Positions 8,707 to 17,879 of a stretch of DNA of 47,765 nucleotides are shown here, piece by piece (the stretch's first letter is position 1; each line of letters begins with the position of its first letter). The stretch is taken from positions 1 to 47,765 of the IMG/VR virus record IMGVR_UViG_3300013122_000001. The stretch is one strand, 5' to 3'. The position numbers and the translations under genes are program-made. Below the pieces are notes generated by a model. It ran no database searches and was not told the DNA's origin. It saw only the letters and a program-made list of their open reading frames with translations. This stretch comes from a virus (taxonomy: Duplodnaviria; Caudoviricetes).

Positions 8707-8862
8707 TTGAAAAGAACCTTTAATCAGGCCGTAAAAGAGCAAATGGGGAAAGGTGTAGAGGTGTTCGTAGCAATTAAAACAGTAGAGGAAAGCGGAGAGT
8801 TTACCGAAGAGGAAATTCAAGGTTGGTGGGATAGGTTTAACGAACTGAAAAGTAAAAGTTAA
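8707..8862 (+). CDS. Hypothetical protein (51 aa) bracketed by 8-6-8 sites
   Basis: GAGGGAG RBS, TTG start; sites at 8672-8693 and 8864-8885. Confidence 0.6.
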   Translation: MKRTFNQAVKEQMGKGVEVFVAIKTVEESGEFTEEEIQGWWDRFNELKSKS

Positions 8863-8966
8863 CGAACATTCCGACCAAAATGCGCGGAAGTAAAATTCAA
8901 CCCATATTATACAGTGAGTGCGCGAAATTGTAACGAAGCACGTACAATCTAATAGGCGGTGAAAAC

Positions 8967-9137
8967 ATGGAAGAAGAAAAATACGTTCGTACAGATGAAA
9001 TCACAGATTACGTGTACAAAGGATTACTGGCCAGAGGTTTAGTTCCTGCAAGTGAAGAGGTGGAGATCATCGGGGATATCGTTTTTGACTTCCTGGTTCA
9101 CAAAGGGGTACTGGTAGAAGAAGGAGAGAATGGATAA
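8967..9137 (+). CDS. YozD-like protein (56 aa)
   Basis: TDEITDYVYKGLLARGLVPASEEVEIIGDIVFDFL resembles the YozD family as recalled. Confidence 0.55.
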   Translation: MEEEKYVRTDEITDYVYKGLLARGLVPASEEVEIIGDIVFDFLVHKGVLVEEGENG

Positions 9138-9271
9138 TGAAGAAGTGTAATTATTGCGGAGGTAAAGGAAAGGTATACATCGGAATTAAACATGTTTCTC
9201 AAGGATTTAGTCTCAAAGCTGTCAATTTAAAAACACTGTGTACCAAATGTCATGGGTCAGGAGTTAGGTAA
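9137..9271 (+). CDS. Small DnaJ-type Zn-finger protein (44 aa)
   Basis: CNYCGGKG..CTKCHGSG. Confidence 0.6.
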   Translation: MKKCNYCGGKGKVYIGIKHVSQGFSLKAVNLKTLCTKCHGSGVR

Positions 9272-9272
9272 T

Positions 9273-9307
9273 AAAAAAGAGGATAACCCACATTAGGATT
9301 ATCCTCT
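9273..9307 (-). terminator. Terminator between convergent genes
   Basis: AGAGGATAA/TTATCCTCT stem with an A run on the left. Confidence 0.6.
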
Positions 9308-9490
9308 GGCAGCTCTCTTTTTATCACGAAGCTCAATGTACTTTAAGCCATACTTGATTAGCTCTTCAATTGCGATGCTGCGGTTATCCTTACGTTTACC
9401 AAATCTGTAGTCATCAACCAAAGAAAGAATTGCTGGATCCCAAGAAATTGTAGTAGATAGTTTGCTTGAATCTTTTCTGATATGTGCCAT
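9299..9490 (-). CDS. Ribbon-helix-helix protein
   Basis: TTISWDPAILSLVDDYRF..NRSIAIEELIKYGL. Confidence 0.7.
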   Translation of the reverse strand: MAHIRKDSSKLSTTISWDPAILSLVDDYRFGKRKDNRSIAIEELIKYGLKYIELRDKKRAARG

Positions 9491-9547
9491 TTGTGTTCGC
9501 TCCTTTTTTTATAAGTTTTCGTAATACGATGTTACGAAAGGGGTTGG

Positions 9548-9700
9548 TTAGTTTTCCTTAGATTCATCTTTCAAGTAAGTTTCCAGCAACAGTTCAATCT
9601 CTTTAGCAACAGATCGCTTATTTTCCTCAGCACGTTTCTTGATAGTTTCGAATAAATCATTGTCCATTCTAAGAGTAAAACGTTTCTGTTCGTTCGTCAT
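9548..9700 (-). CDS. Arc-family RHH repressor (50 aa)
   Basis: MTNEQKRFTLRMDNDLFETIKKRAEENKRSVAKEIELLL; AAGGAG RBS. Confidence 0.85.
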   Translation of the reverse strand: MTNEQKRFTLRMDNDLFETIKKRAEENKRSVAKEIELLLETYLKDESKEN

Positions 9701-9782
9701 TTTACATTTCTCCTTTTATATAGGTGTCAGTTAGCACCATTATAAATCATGAGAAAAATTTTGTAAAGACAAAAGATGAACA

Positions 9783-9842
9783 TTGACGTCACTTAGATGA
9801 CGGGTTATAATTATCTTATGGAGGTGACGTCACTTTGATGAC
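9783..9842 (+). promoter_or_regulatory. sigma-A promoter with two 18-bp operators
   Basis: TTGACG-17-TATAAT; TGACGTCACTT(A/T)GATGAC at 9784-9801 and 9825-9842. Confidence 0.8.
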
Positions 9843-9993
9843 TAAAGATGACCAAAAAAATAATAAAGTCAGCTACACTTTGCGTCTTAATAGCGAGATC
9901 AATGAAAGAATCGCTAAAGAAGCTAGTGAACTAGGACTCTCTAAACAAGCATACATCACGATGGTACTACATAAGGCGATTAAAAACGTTTAG
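9838..9993 (+). CDS. RHH (Arc/Mnt-like) protein (51 aa)
   Basis: KVSYTLRLNSEINERIAKEASELGLSKQAYITMVL; GGAGG RBS. Confidence 0.8.
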   Translation: MTKDDQKNNKVSYTLRLNSEINERIAKEASELGLSKQAYITMVLHKAIKNV

Positions 9994-10086
9994 TGGGTTC
10001 CTGGGGAATGAAAGGAGTTGATTTATATGTAATACGGACAAGTCATCTATTAGTTTCATAATCTAAAAAAATATTTGGAGGTTATT

Positions 10087-10347
10087 ATGAAAAGTTTAGG
10101 TATCGTTCGTAAAATTGATGATTTAGGCCGTGTTGTTATCCCTAAGGAAGTAAGGGACACGCAACAATGGAAGAGTGGTCAACCAATGGAAATGTTCATG
10201 AGTACAGAAGGTCTAGTGCTTCGTCCATATGGTGAGGATCGTGAGAAAGCTGAAATCCTTTTCGCTCTGAATGACCTATTAAACTCTCAAACTCCAGAAG
10301 TTCAGTACATCGCAGCTCAAACAATCAAATTCTTAAAGAAGGGATGA
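10087..10347 (+). CDS. AbrB-family DNA-binding protein
   Basis: MKSLGIVRKIDDLGRVVIPKEVR closely matches the AbrB N-terminus. Confidence 0.9.
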   Translation: MKSLGIVRKIDDLGRVVIPKEVRDTQQWKSGQPMEMFMSTEGLVLRPYGEDREKAEILFALNDLLNSQTPEVQYIAAQTIKFLKKG

Positions 10348-10351
10348 TTCA

Positions 10352-11068
10352 ATGAACGAATTAATCAGCACTAACCAAAATGAAAATGGTGAAATTATAG
10401 TTAGTGGTCGAGAGTTACACAGCTTTCTCCAAGTGAAAGACAACTACACGGATTGGTTCAAGAGAATGACTATTTATGGTTTTGAGGAAAACGTTGATTT
10501 CATAGGTTTCTCGGAAAAATCCGATAAACTAGGAGGCCGGCCAAAACAAGAACACCATTTAAAACTTGATATGGCTAAAGAAATTGCGATGTTGCAACGT
10601 ACCGAAAAAGGTAAACAAGCTAGACAGTATTTCATCCACTTAGAAAAAATGTGGAACAGTCCTGAAATGGTCATGAAGAGGGCTTTGGAGTATGCGGATA
10701 AAAAAGTGCTGGAGCTTAAACAGAAGATAGAATCAGACAAGCCTAAAGTATTATTCGCTAATGCACTTGAAACATCGTACACTTCCATCCTGATTGGAGA
10801 ACTATCCAAGTTGATTAAACAGAACGGAGTAGACATTGGACAGAACAGACTTTTTGACTGGATGCGTGATGAAGGTTATCTCATAAAGAAACGCGGAGAT
10901 ATGTTCAACCTTCCTACTCAATACAGTATGGACCTTGGATTATTTGAAATCAAAAAAAGAACCATCAATAATCCAGATGGATCCGTAAGAACTACCAGGA
11001 CTCCTAAAGTCACCGGAAAAGGCCAAGTATATTTCATCAACAAGTTTTTGGACAAAAAAGATGCCTAG
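10352..11068 (+). CDS. Phage antirepressor (AntA/AntB + KilA-C)
   Basis: VSGRELH..LDMAKEIAMLQRTEKGKQARQYF; KPKVLFA..TGKGQVYF. Confidence 0.9.
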   Translation: MNELISTNQNENGEIIVSGRELHSFLQVKDNYTDWFKRMTIYGFEENVDFIGFSEKSDKLGGRPKQEHHLKLDMAKEIAMLQRTEKGKQARQYFIHLEKMWNSPEMVMKRALEYADKKVLELKQKIESDKPKVLFANALETSYTSILIGELSKLIKQNGVDIGQNRLFDWMRDEGYLIKKRGDMFNLPTQYSMDLGLFEIKKRTINNPDGSVRTTRTPKVTGKGQVYFINKFLDKKDA

Positions 11069-11112
11069 TGTTGGCGCACTAGACAAAGGATTCGCTCGTT
11101 TTTAATTATTAT

Positions 11113-11172
11113 GTTCCCTGTAGTCAATTATATACTAAAAATCTTTGATTGACTATAGGGAACGTTTATTCG
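11113..11172. promoter_or_regulatory. Long inverted repeat with overlapping LexA-like box upstream of the replication gene
   Basis: GTTCCCTGTAGTCAAT...ATTGACTATAGGGAAC; GGAACGTTTATTCG at 11159-11172. Confidence 0.55.
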
Positions 11173-11201
11173 TGTGAAAGTATCAAAAAGTAGGTGAAAG
11201 A

Positions 11202-12080
11202 ATGGCTAGACCACAAAAAGAAGGATTGGATTACTTTCCTTTGGATGTAGACATAGATCAAGACGATAAAGTGGCTCTTATAGAAGCGCAGCACGGTCTT
11301 GAAGGTTTCGGGATAGTCGTAAAACTACTGATGAAGATTTATAAAAATGGTTACTTCTATCCTTGGACAGAAAGAGAACAGATACTCTTTTCAAAGGTAG
11401 TTAATGTAAACATTAATACCCTTAAAGAGATTGTTAATGATTGCATTAAATGGGGTTTATTCTCCGAAAAAATATACGAAAACCAGAGTGTTCTTACGTC
11501 AAAAGGCATTCAATTAAGGTATCTGGAGGCTACGTCCAGACGGCAAACGGTGAAGATTGAAAAGAAATACCTCCTTATCTGTAAAGGGAAGGTTAATGAA
11601 TACAAAAACCTATCCATCGAGGGAGTTAATGTTGACATTAATCCCGTTGAAGAGGTAGTTAATGATGACATTAATCCCCAAAGTAAAGTAAAGGAAAGTA
11701 AAGAAGAGAAAAGTAAAGAAAAGAAACCTCTTCGTCACAAGTACGAGCCTTGCGACATGGAGCTTGCCAAATTGCTTTTTTCTCGAATGCTTGATAATAA
11801 TCCAACCACCAAAGAACCTAACCTCGAAAAATGGGCCAATGAATTTAGATTGATCCGTGAACGTGATGAGAGAAAAGAAGAACACATTCGCTACATGATT
11901 GATTGGTGCCAAGCTGATAGCTTTTGGAAGATGAATATATTGTCTCCTTCCAAGCTAAGAGAGAAATACGATCAGTTAGTCCTAAAAGCGAAAGAGGATT
12001 ATCACAGGAAAAATAATAATGCTCCAACAAATAAACCGAGAGCATATCAAAGTTTACAAGATTGGGCGGATGAAGAATGA
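11202..12080 (+). CDS. Replication initiator (DUF4373/Lin1244-like N-terminus)
   Basis: MARPQKEGLDYFPLD..LTSKGIQ; C-terminal FWKMNILSPSKLREKYDQL; internal iterons. Confidence 0.85.
   Translation: MARPQKEGLDYFPLDVDIDQDDKVALIEAQHGLEGFGIVVKLLMKIYKNGYFYPWTEREQILFSKVVNVNINTLKEIVNDCIKWGLFSEKIYENQSVLTSKGIQLRYLEATSRRQTVKIEKKYLLICKGKVNEYKNLSIEGVNVDINPVEEVVNDDINPQSKVKESKEEKSKEKKPLRHKYEPCDMELAKLLFSRMLDNNPTTKEPNLEKWANEFRLIRERDERKEEHIRYMIDWCQADSFWKMNILSPSKLREKYDQLVLKAKEDYHRKNNNAPTNKPRAYQSLQDWADEE
11592..11725 (+). repeat. Replication origin iterons plus A-rich tract
   Basis: GTTAATGnnnACATTAAT-like palindromes at 11592, 11625, 11658 (33-bp period; also 11400 and 11433) followed by AAAGT repeats. Confidence 0.75.
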
Positions 12081-12598
12081 ACCGAAAAGAGATTATTAAT
12101 CTACTAGGGATTGCAACTGCAAACTTCCCTAATATGCAAAATAAAGATATGCAACCTACTGCGGTACTATGGGAAAAGTCACTTTCTGATATTGAATACA
12201 GGGTTGCGGAGGCTGCGCTAATTAAAGTGTTATCCACTTCAAGATTCTTCCCAACGATTGCTGATATTAGAGAAGCAGTATCACAACTTACTCAACCAAA
12301 AGTAATGGATGCTATGGATGCCTGGGGGCTAGTAGGACAGGCCATTAAACGATACGGCTATTACAACGAAGGTAAAGCGATGGAAATGTTGCCAGAGGAC
12401 GTAAGAGCCATGGTTAAACAGTTTTCTTGGAAAGAGCTTTGCCACAGTGAAAACGTTGATACTTTGAGAGCGCAATGGAGAATGGCTTGGGATACTCAAA
12501 GTAAGCGCAGAAAAGAACTGAACGCTTTACCTGATGGAATCAGAATGATGCTAGAAGATACAACAAAGCAATTTAGGTTAGGTGATGGGAATGGCTAA
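12077..12598 (+). CDS. Replicative helicase loader/inhibitor (G39P-like)
   Basis: FP..W..L.D..FFPTIADIRE; follows the initiator. Confidence 0.75.
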   Translation: MNRKEIINLLGIATANFPNMQNKDMQPTAVLWEKSLSDIEYRVAEAALIKVLSTSRFFPTIADIREAVSQLTQPKVMDAMDAWGLVGQAIKRYGYYNEGKAMEMLPEDVRAMVKQFSWKELCHSENVDTLRAQWRMAWDTQSKRRKELNALPDGIRMMLEDTTKQFRLGDGNG

Positions 12599-12887
12599 TA
12601 CATTAGGCGGTCAACATCAAGAAGAACTAAGAGCAGACGCGATGAAGTATCGCTCATTCGATAAATTGATGAAAGAAGAGCGAATGGACACTTATATTTC
12701 TTTGGAGGAACTGGACTTTGTCTGGGATCTCCAAGAAGTCCATGAATTCGATGAACTATGGACCACCGGCAGAGAAGAAGGAAAATCCCCGGAATACCTG
12801 ATACGAGATATCGCAGAGTATTTTGGAAGGGAAGAAGACGAGATCGCAATCCTAGCCTTGGATAGAGGGAGGAAGAACAAGATATGA
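12591..12887 (+). CDS. Hypothetical phage protein
   Basis: ORF in replication operon. Confidence 0.6.
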   Translation: MANTLGGQHQEELRADAMKYRSFDKLMKEERMDTYISLEELDFVWDLQEVHEFDELWTTGREEGKSPEYLIRDIAEYFGREEDEIAILALDRGRKNKI

Positions 12888-13019
12888 ACCTCAATTATGA
12901 AGACATACCTCAACCCAGCAAAAAGAACATAGCCATTATCCTTCTGGAGTACGCCAAAGAAGAGGATAACAATAAGGCTTATATAGAAGCTGCCATTCAG
13001 TTGTTAAAAGGTAATTGAT

Positions 13020-13841
13020 ATGAGAAAAGCCATCACCTACCGTATAGGCGATTTGCTAGAAACTCATTGTGAAGGTTGTAAGAAGATACCGTTCGCCAGA
13101 AGTTCGAGTAAAGGGATCGCGTGGTGCGGAAAAAATTGCGATATCGGAAAAGAATTAAAGAAGCTCGGTGAACAACTCGATAAAACGGTTAATCCAAGAA
13201 GGGAGCCAGAAACTATGTCAAGTAGAGGGGTATTAACACAAGAATCATATGAGCAAGCAAAATCAGAGGGGTTATCAGAAAAAGAGGTTGCAAAAGCGTT
13301 TGGGATTTCTGTTGGGACATTATGGAACCGTAAAAATGTTTGGAATATAAACAATCATGATGAAAAGTTGGTTAAAAAGCAGACTACACCAAAAAAGAAA
13401 AAGAGGAAAGCTGCCGAATCGACTTCACTTGCTGTTGCTTGGAAAGAAGAATACGCAGAGCTTGAAAAAGCAAACGATACTCTGCAACGAAAATATGAAG
13501 CAGCTATCAATGAGAATACGGAATTGAAAGAGAAATATGACCGCCTTTATCTGGACAAGCAAGAGATTCGAGATCAGTTCAATAAAACGTGTGAAGACTT
13601 AGAAGAAGAGATTGAGAGTCTAAAAGAAGAACTCTCCAAGAGAAAAGACCTCCAATTGGAATTTTCAGAAGGTGCAGCAAACCAACTTCTTAAGATGAAT
13701 GAAGTGGTAAAAGAAAAGGATGCGCTTCTGGAGTCCATAGAAAGCCGATATGGGAAAGAAACAGACAGGCTGAATGCTATTAACCTAGAATTACATGAAA
13801 AGCTGGAAGCGTACAAAATGGCGCTCAAGGTATCGTTGTAA
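13020..13841 (+). CDS. Zn-finger + HTH + coiled-coil protein
   Basis: HCEGC..C..CDIGKE; LSEKEVAKAFGISVGTL; long coiled coil. Confidence 0.65.
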   Translation: MRKAITYRIGDLLETHCEGCKKIPFARSSSKGIAWCGKNCDIGKELKKLGEQLDKTVNPRREPETMSSRGVLTQESYEQAKSEGLSEKEVAKAFGISVGTLWNRKNVWNINNHDEKLVKKQTTPKKKKRKAAESTSLAVAWKEEYAELEKANDTLQRKYEAAINENTELKEKYDRLYLDKQEIRDQFNKTCEDLEEEIESLKEELSKRKDLQLEFSEGAANQLLKMNEVVKEKDALLESIESRYGKETDRLNAINLELHEKLEAYKMALKVSL

Positions 13842-14582
13842 ATGTTAGGTGATTGGAACCCTGTACCCAAGCCCGAAACTTACAAAAAAGGCAACAGACA
13901 TTACAAAAAAATAAAATGCAAAGAGTGCAAAAAAGAAGTAGAAAAACGTTCAGATTTCAAAGGTAAATACTGTTCATCAAGCTGTTCCAATAAGGCTAAT
14001 GGCAGAAACAACATTGGTAAAATACTTGAAAAAGCAAGAAAGGGAAAATATCAAAATTGTCAAATTTGCAATAAAGAATTTTATGTAACAGCCGCCAGAT
14101 TAAGGGCTCATAAAAGCATTAGGTTTTGTTCATCTAAATGCCAAGGTAAATGGCAATCCGGACAACCATTACCGAAGGGTTTTATAGGGGTTGATAATTC
14201 GGGATCTAAAAACGGTAGATATAAAAACGGAAAACGAGTAGGGGAACATGTTACAAAGCCAAAAGTAAGGGATTTAGTTAAAAAGAGAGACGGAAACTGG
14301 TGTTTGCTGTGTGGTGTTTCTATAAAAGGTTTACATCTTCATAGGGTAGAATATGGTTCACAGGGTGGAAAATACGAAAAACATAATTGTATTCAACTAT
14401 GTTCCCGTGACCACGAATTGGTACATTCGAATAAAAGAAAATGGCAACCTTTATTATTAGACTACATCGAAACAGCTACACAAAACGAAACAGATAACGA
14501 AATAATTGAACCAAAAGATTTTTATTGGGATTGGAAAGAAAGGGTTCAACAGGTTTTTGATGAAGAGGGGAATCGAAAATGA
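13842..14582 (+). CDS. HNH nuclease with repeated Zn-finger modules
   Basis: CKEC..YCSSSC and CQIC..FCSSKC; RDGNWCLLCG..HLH..NCIQLC..H. Confidence 0.75.
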   Translation: MLGDWNPVPKPETYKKGNRHYKKIKCKECKKEVEKRSDFKGKYCSSSCSNKANGRNNIGKILEKARKGKYQNCQICNKEFYVTAARLRAHKSIRFCSSKCQGKWQSGQPLPKGFIGVDNSGSKNGRYKNGKRVGEHVTKPKVRDLVKKRDGNWCLLCGVSIKGLHLHRVEYGSQGGKYEKHNCIQLCSRDHELVHSNKRKWQPLLLDYIETATQNETDNEIIEPKDFYWDWKERVQQVFDEEGNRK

Positions 14583-14687
14583 TACCAAAGACAAGAAATC
14601 CTATTCGTAAAGATGTCGAGGATGAAGATATAGAAGATTGGTGTGAAACGTATTTCGGTCATAAGGATGACGAAGAGGGGGAGTAAT

Positions 14688-15077
14688 GTGGATGCAGAAC
14701 AATCCTTATTAGCGATTAGAGAACTATTCGTAGAAGCTCCTAAGAGATACGAACATAACGAGGAAGCCTTGAAGAAAGTCGATGAAGAAATCCAAGACTT
14801 GCTGCATGTACTAGAGTTAGGAACATTTAATGCAAGCGAAGGATACAAGTTAGCGAAAGAGATTCAGAAGCTAAGAAAAGAGCGCCGCATACTGAAGGAT
14901 GAAATGGAGCTATTCAAACCCATTAAAGAATTCTTAACCTACCAAAAGCCGACTGAAAAGAACATAAGTAAGACCATCGGAGACATACGTAATATGAAAA
15001 ACAGACACCAGGCTAGAGGATATAGAATGAGAGTGCGGAATGACCTTGAAAACTTTATAACGAAAAACGGGGGATAA
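14688..15077 (+). CDS. Hypothetical coiled-coil phage protein
   Basis: DLLHVLE..FNASEGYKL..RKERR..KDE; GTG start after GAGGGGG. Confidence 0.6.
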   Translation: MDAEQSLLAIRELFVEAPKRYEHNEEALKKVDEEIQDLLHVLELGTFNASEGYKLAKEIQKLRKERRILKDEMELFKPIKEFLTYQKPTEKNISKTIGDIRNMKNRHQARGYRMRVRNDLENFITKNGG

Positions 15078-15404
15078 AGCCATGACAGATTATGAAAAAT
15101 GGTTTCGCTGGCAAAAGGAAGTCCTCAACTCAGAAGATTATACAGAAGTAATCAAGCGAGCAAGACAGAACGCACAACGTCAATTCAACCATACAAGCAA
15201 GGAAAGTCTGGTAAAGGTGGCGGTGAAGGATGAAGATCTATGTTCAAGATAAGACGGAGAGAACAGCCGATGGGGAGAAGTTGCAAGTGGTCCAGACATA
15301 CGAGAGTAAACCGAAGAAGTACCAGTATTTAATCTTTCTTGAAAAATAGGCAAAGAGAGTCGATTTTAATTATAGGTCAAGTTTGGAGGGAACAGCAACC
15401 GAAC

Positions 15405-16382
15405 ATGAAGAATCACATCATATTTTTTAGCGGTGGTAAATCCAGCTTTTCTGTTGCGGACTGGGTAAAGACGAACTTTCCTGACGATAACATTGTCCTT
15501 TACTTCACAGATTCCAAGTGGGAGGACAAAGACTTATATAGATTCATAGCAGAAGCCAGCACGAAACTTGAGCTCCCACTTCTCTATCATGCAATGGGAC
15601 TTAATCCTGTTGAGCTGATGTTTGAAAAGAAACTAGTTTTTAACAGTCGTTTGGGTGACTGCAGCAAGATACTAAAAATGAAAGTGGCGAGGGATTTCTT
15701 GAAAAAAGGAATCTCTCCCAAAGAAGAATACTGGATGAACAAAGAATATCTGAGGAACGAGAACTTTAGAGAAGATGCAGTCCTGTATTTCGGTATCGGT
15801 TTTGATGAAATGCACCGTGAAGGGCCTATAAGAAAGAATTGGAAGCCTTTTGAGGTAGTAATGCCGATGATTGACCATGTGATAGATAACGCTGAAACTT
15901 TACGGAAATACGAAATAGACGAACCACAACTTTACAAAGAGGGTTTCACTCACAATAATTGCGCTGGAAGATGTGTGAAAGCTGGTCAAGCTCACTTTAA
16001 GAATTTGAAAGAACAACGTCCAGAAGAGTTTGAAAAGCTCATGGAACAAGAAATTGTCCTCAGTGATTATGTGAGATATGTGAAACAACCTCAGATTAGA
16101 AGTGGGAAGCAAAAAGACCACATGAAGAAAGATGTATGGGAGTTTCTAAGCGAAGGAAAGAAATCTCCTAAGATAAAACACATCATTGAAACCAACAAAC
16201 ATACTAAACGATTCAATATAGGGGGAAGGAATAAGCCGTACACCTTCATGAAGAAGTCCAAAAACGGTGAAACCAACCCTTATATGCTGGAAGAATTGAA
16301 TCAAGACATCAAGGAAGATGAAAACCAATTAGATTTATTCGACTTTGGCGGCTGCGGTTGCTTCGTCAATTATGAAAATTAG
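15405..16382 (+). CDS. PP-loop / PAPS-reductase-like protein with Cys cluster
   Basis: FFSGGKSS PP-loop; CSKILK, HNNCAGRCVKAG, GGCGCF. Confidence 0.75.
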   Translation: MKNHIIFFSGGKSSFSVADWVKTNFPDDNIVLYFTDSKWEDKDLYRFIAEASTKLELPLLYHAMGLNPVELMFEKKLVFNSRLGDCSKILKMKVARDFLKKGISPKEEYWMNKEYLRNENFREDAVLYFGIGFDEMHREGPIRKNWKPFEVVMPMIDHVIDNAETLRKYEIDEPQLYKEGFTHNNCAGRCVKAGQAHFKNLKEQRPEEFEKLMEQEIVLSDYVRYVKQPQIRSGKQKDHMKKDVWEFLSEGKKSPKIKHIIETNKHTKRFNIGGRNKPYTFMKKSKNGETNPYMLEELNQDIKEDENQLDLFDFGGCGCFVNYEN

Positions 16383-16393
16383 GAGGAAATTAA

Positions 16394-16846
16394 ATGTTAA
16401 ATAGAGTCGTACTTACAGGGAGATTGACTGCAGATCCAGAATTAAGGTACACACCATCGGGAGTAGCGGTAGCGACATTTACATTGGCGGTGAACAGAAG
16501 TTTCGCTAATCAACAGGGCGAGAGGGAAGCTGACTTTATCAATAATGTTGTATGGAGAAAACAAGCTGAGAACGCAGCTAATTTTTTGAAGAAAGGTTCC
16601 CTTTGCGGAGTAGACGGAAGAATCCAAACTCGGAACTACGAGGGGCAAGATGGCCGGAGAGTATATGTAACTGAAGTGGTGGCAGAGTCAATTCAATTCC
16701 TGGAGCCGAAAGGAAACAATCAAAACTCAGGTAATGCAGCACCACCACCAAGTAACAACAATACAGGCTATACAAGAGTAGATGATGACCCATTCAAAAA
16801 TGACGGACAACCAATAGACATCAGCGATGATGATCTTCCTTTCTAG
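16394..16846 (+). CDS. ssb: Single-stranded DNA-binding protein
   Basis: [26 protein letters not shown]. Confidence 0.97.
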   Translation: MLNRVVLTGRLTADPELRYTPSGVAVATFTLAVNRSFANQQGEREADFINNVVWRKQAENAANFLKKGSLCGVDGRIQTRNYEGQDGRRVYVTEVVAESIQFLEPKGNNQNSGNAAPPPSNNNTGYTRVDDDPFKNDGQPIDISDDDLPF

Positions 16847-16962
16847 GATAGAGCTATGGACAAACTAACATTAGGAGAGCTGTTATGGCTCTCCAGAAAC
16901 TCAAAGATTCATAGATACGAAGCTATTAGAGAATTAGACAAACGCCTGGAGGAATATCGAAA

Positions 16963-17238
16963 ATGACCAAAGATGAATTACTCAGAATGGATGTAATGGT
17001 TGACGTAGATAGAGAAAGAGAAAGACAGAATCAAAAATGGGGAGTGCAACGGCACAATATTAATGTGTGGCTAGGCATACTTTCGGAAGAGTTTGGGGAA
17101 GTAGCTCAAGCTATCAATCGTATTAATTTTCCTAATGACGCAAAAGAAACGGATGCGGATGATTTATATAAAGAGCTTATACAGGTGGCTGCTGTTGCCG
17201 TAGCTATAGCGGAACAAATGAAGGAGGAACAACAATGA
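16963..17238 (+). CDS. MazG-like NTP pyrophosphohydrolase
   Basis: ILSEEFGEVAQA..ELIQVAAVA. Confidence 0.8.
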   Translation: MTKDELLRMDVMVDVDRERERQNQKWGVQRHNINVWLGILSEEFGEVAQAINRINFPNDAKETDADDLYKELIQVAAVAVAIAEQMKEEQQ

Positions 17239-17456
17239 CAATTAGAGAAGGACAAATATACAGACACTTTAAGGGTGGTAAATATGTAGTGGTAGGATTT
17301 TCCAAGTACTCAGAGAACGGAGAAATGCTAGTTGAGTACAGGAATATTGAAACTGGTGAAAAGTGGTCCAGACCTTTAGTGGAGTTTGAAGGTATGAAGG
17401 AAACTGGGAACGGTAGAGTGAAAAGATTCATGAAACTACACCCATCGGAGCTATAA
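17235..17456 (+). CDS. DUF1653-family protein
   Basis: YRHFKGGKYVV..SE..VEY..WSRP..F..RF. Confidence 0.8.
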   Translation: MTIREGQIYRHFKGGKYVVVGFSKYSENGEMLVEYRNIETGEKWSRPLVEFEGMKETGNGRVKRFMKLHPSEL

Positions 17457-17582
17457 CCATGAAACAAACAAGAGAAGAACTAATAAGCAGACTAGAACAC
17501 CTGACCAACTTCAGTTATGAGTATCTACGCAACTTATCGGAAGCAGAGCTGGAACAGATGTTATGGAAGAGGATCCAGAACC

Positions 17583-17879
17583 GTGGGTAAAATGCAGAGA
17601 GATAAAGGCCAAAGAGCAGAAAGAGAGTTTGCCAAGTTAATAGGAGGGATTCGCGTCCCTCTTTCTGGCGCTCAAGAAGGCTACAGAAACGATGTTATAG
17701 GATTAGGGTTAGAGTGGGAAGTAAAGCGCCGGAAAAGTGGCTTTAAACAACTCTATGAATGGATAGAGGATGAACGTGAGAAACCAGACGCAGTTGCTTT
17801 GAGGACGGATAACAAGCAATGGATCGTGTGCATGACGCTAGACAAATTCCTGGAGATAAAGGGTGATGACAATGCCTAA
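17583..17879 (+). CDS. Putative Holliday junction resolvase (PD-(D/E)XK)
   Basis: RDKGQRAERE..PLSGA..DV..EVKRRK. Confidence 0.7.
   Translation: MGKMQRDKGQRAEREFAKLIGGIRVPLSGAQEGYRNDVIGLGLEWEVKRRKSGFKQLYEWIEDEREKPDAVALRTDNKQWIVCMTLDKFLEIKGDDNA

Noticed and set aside
9299-9993. Type II toxin-antitoxin locus
   Set aside because: The RHH proteins resemble antitoxin DNA-binding domains but no adjacent toxin-like ORF is recognisable
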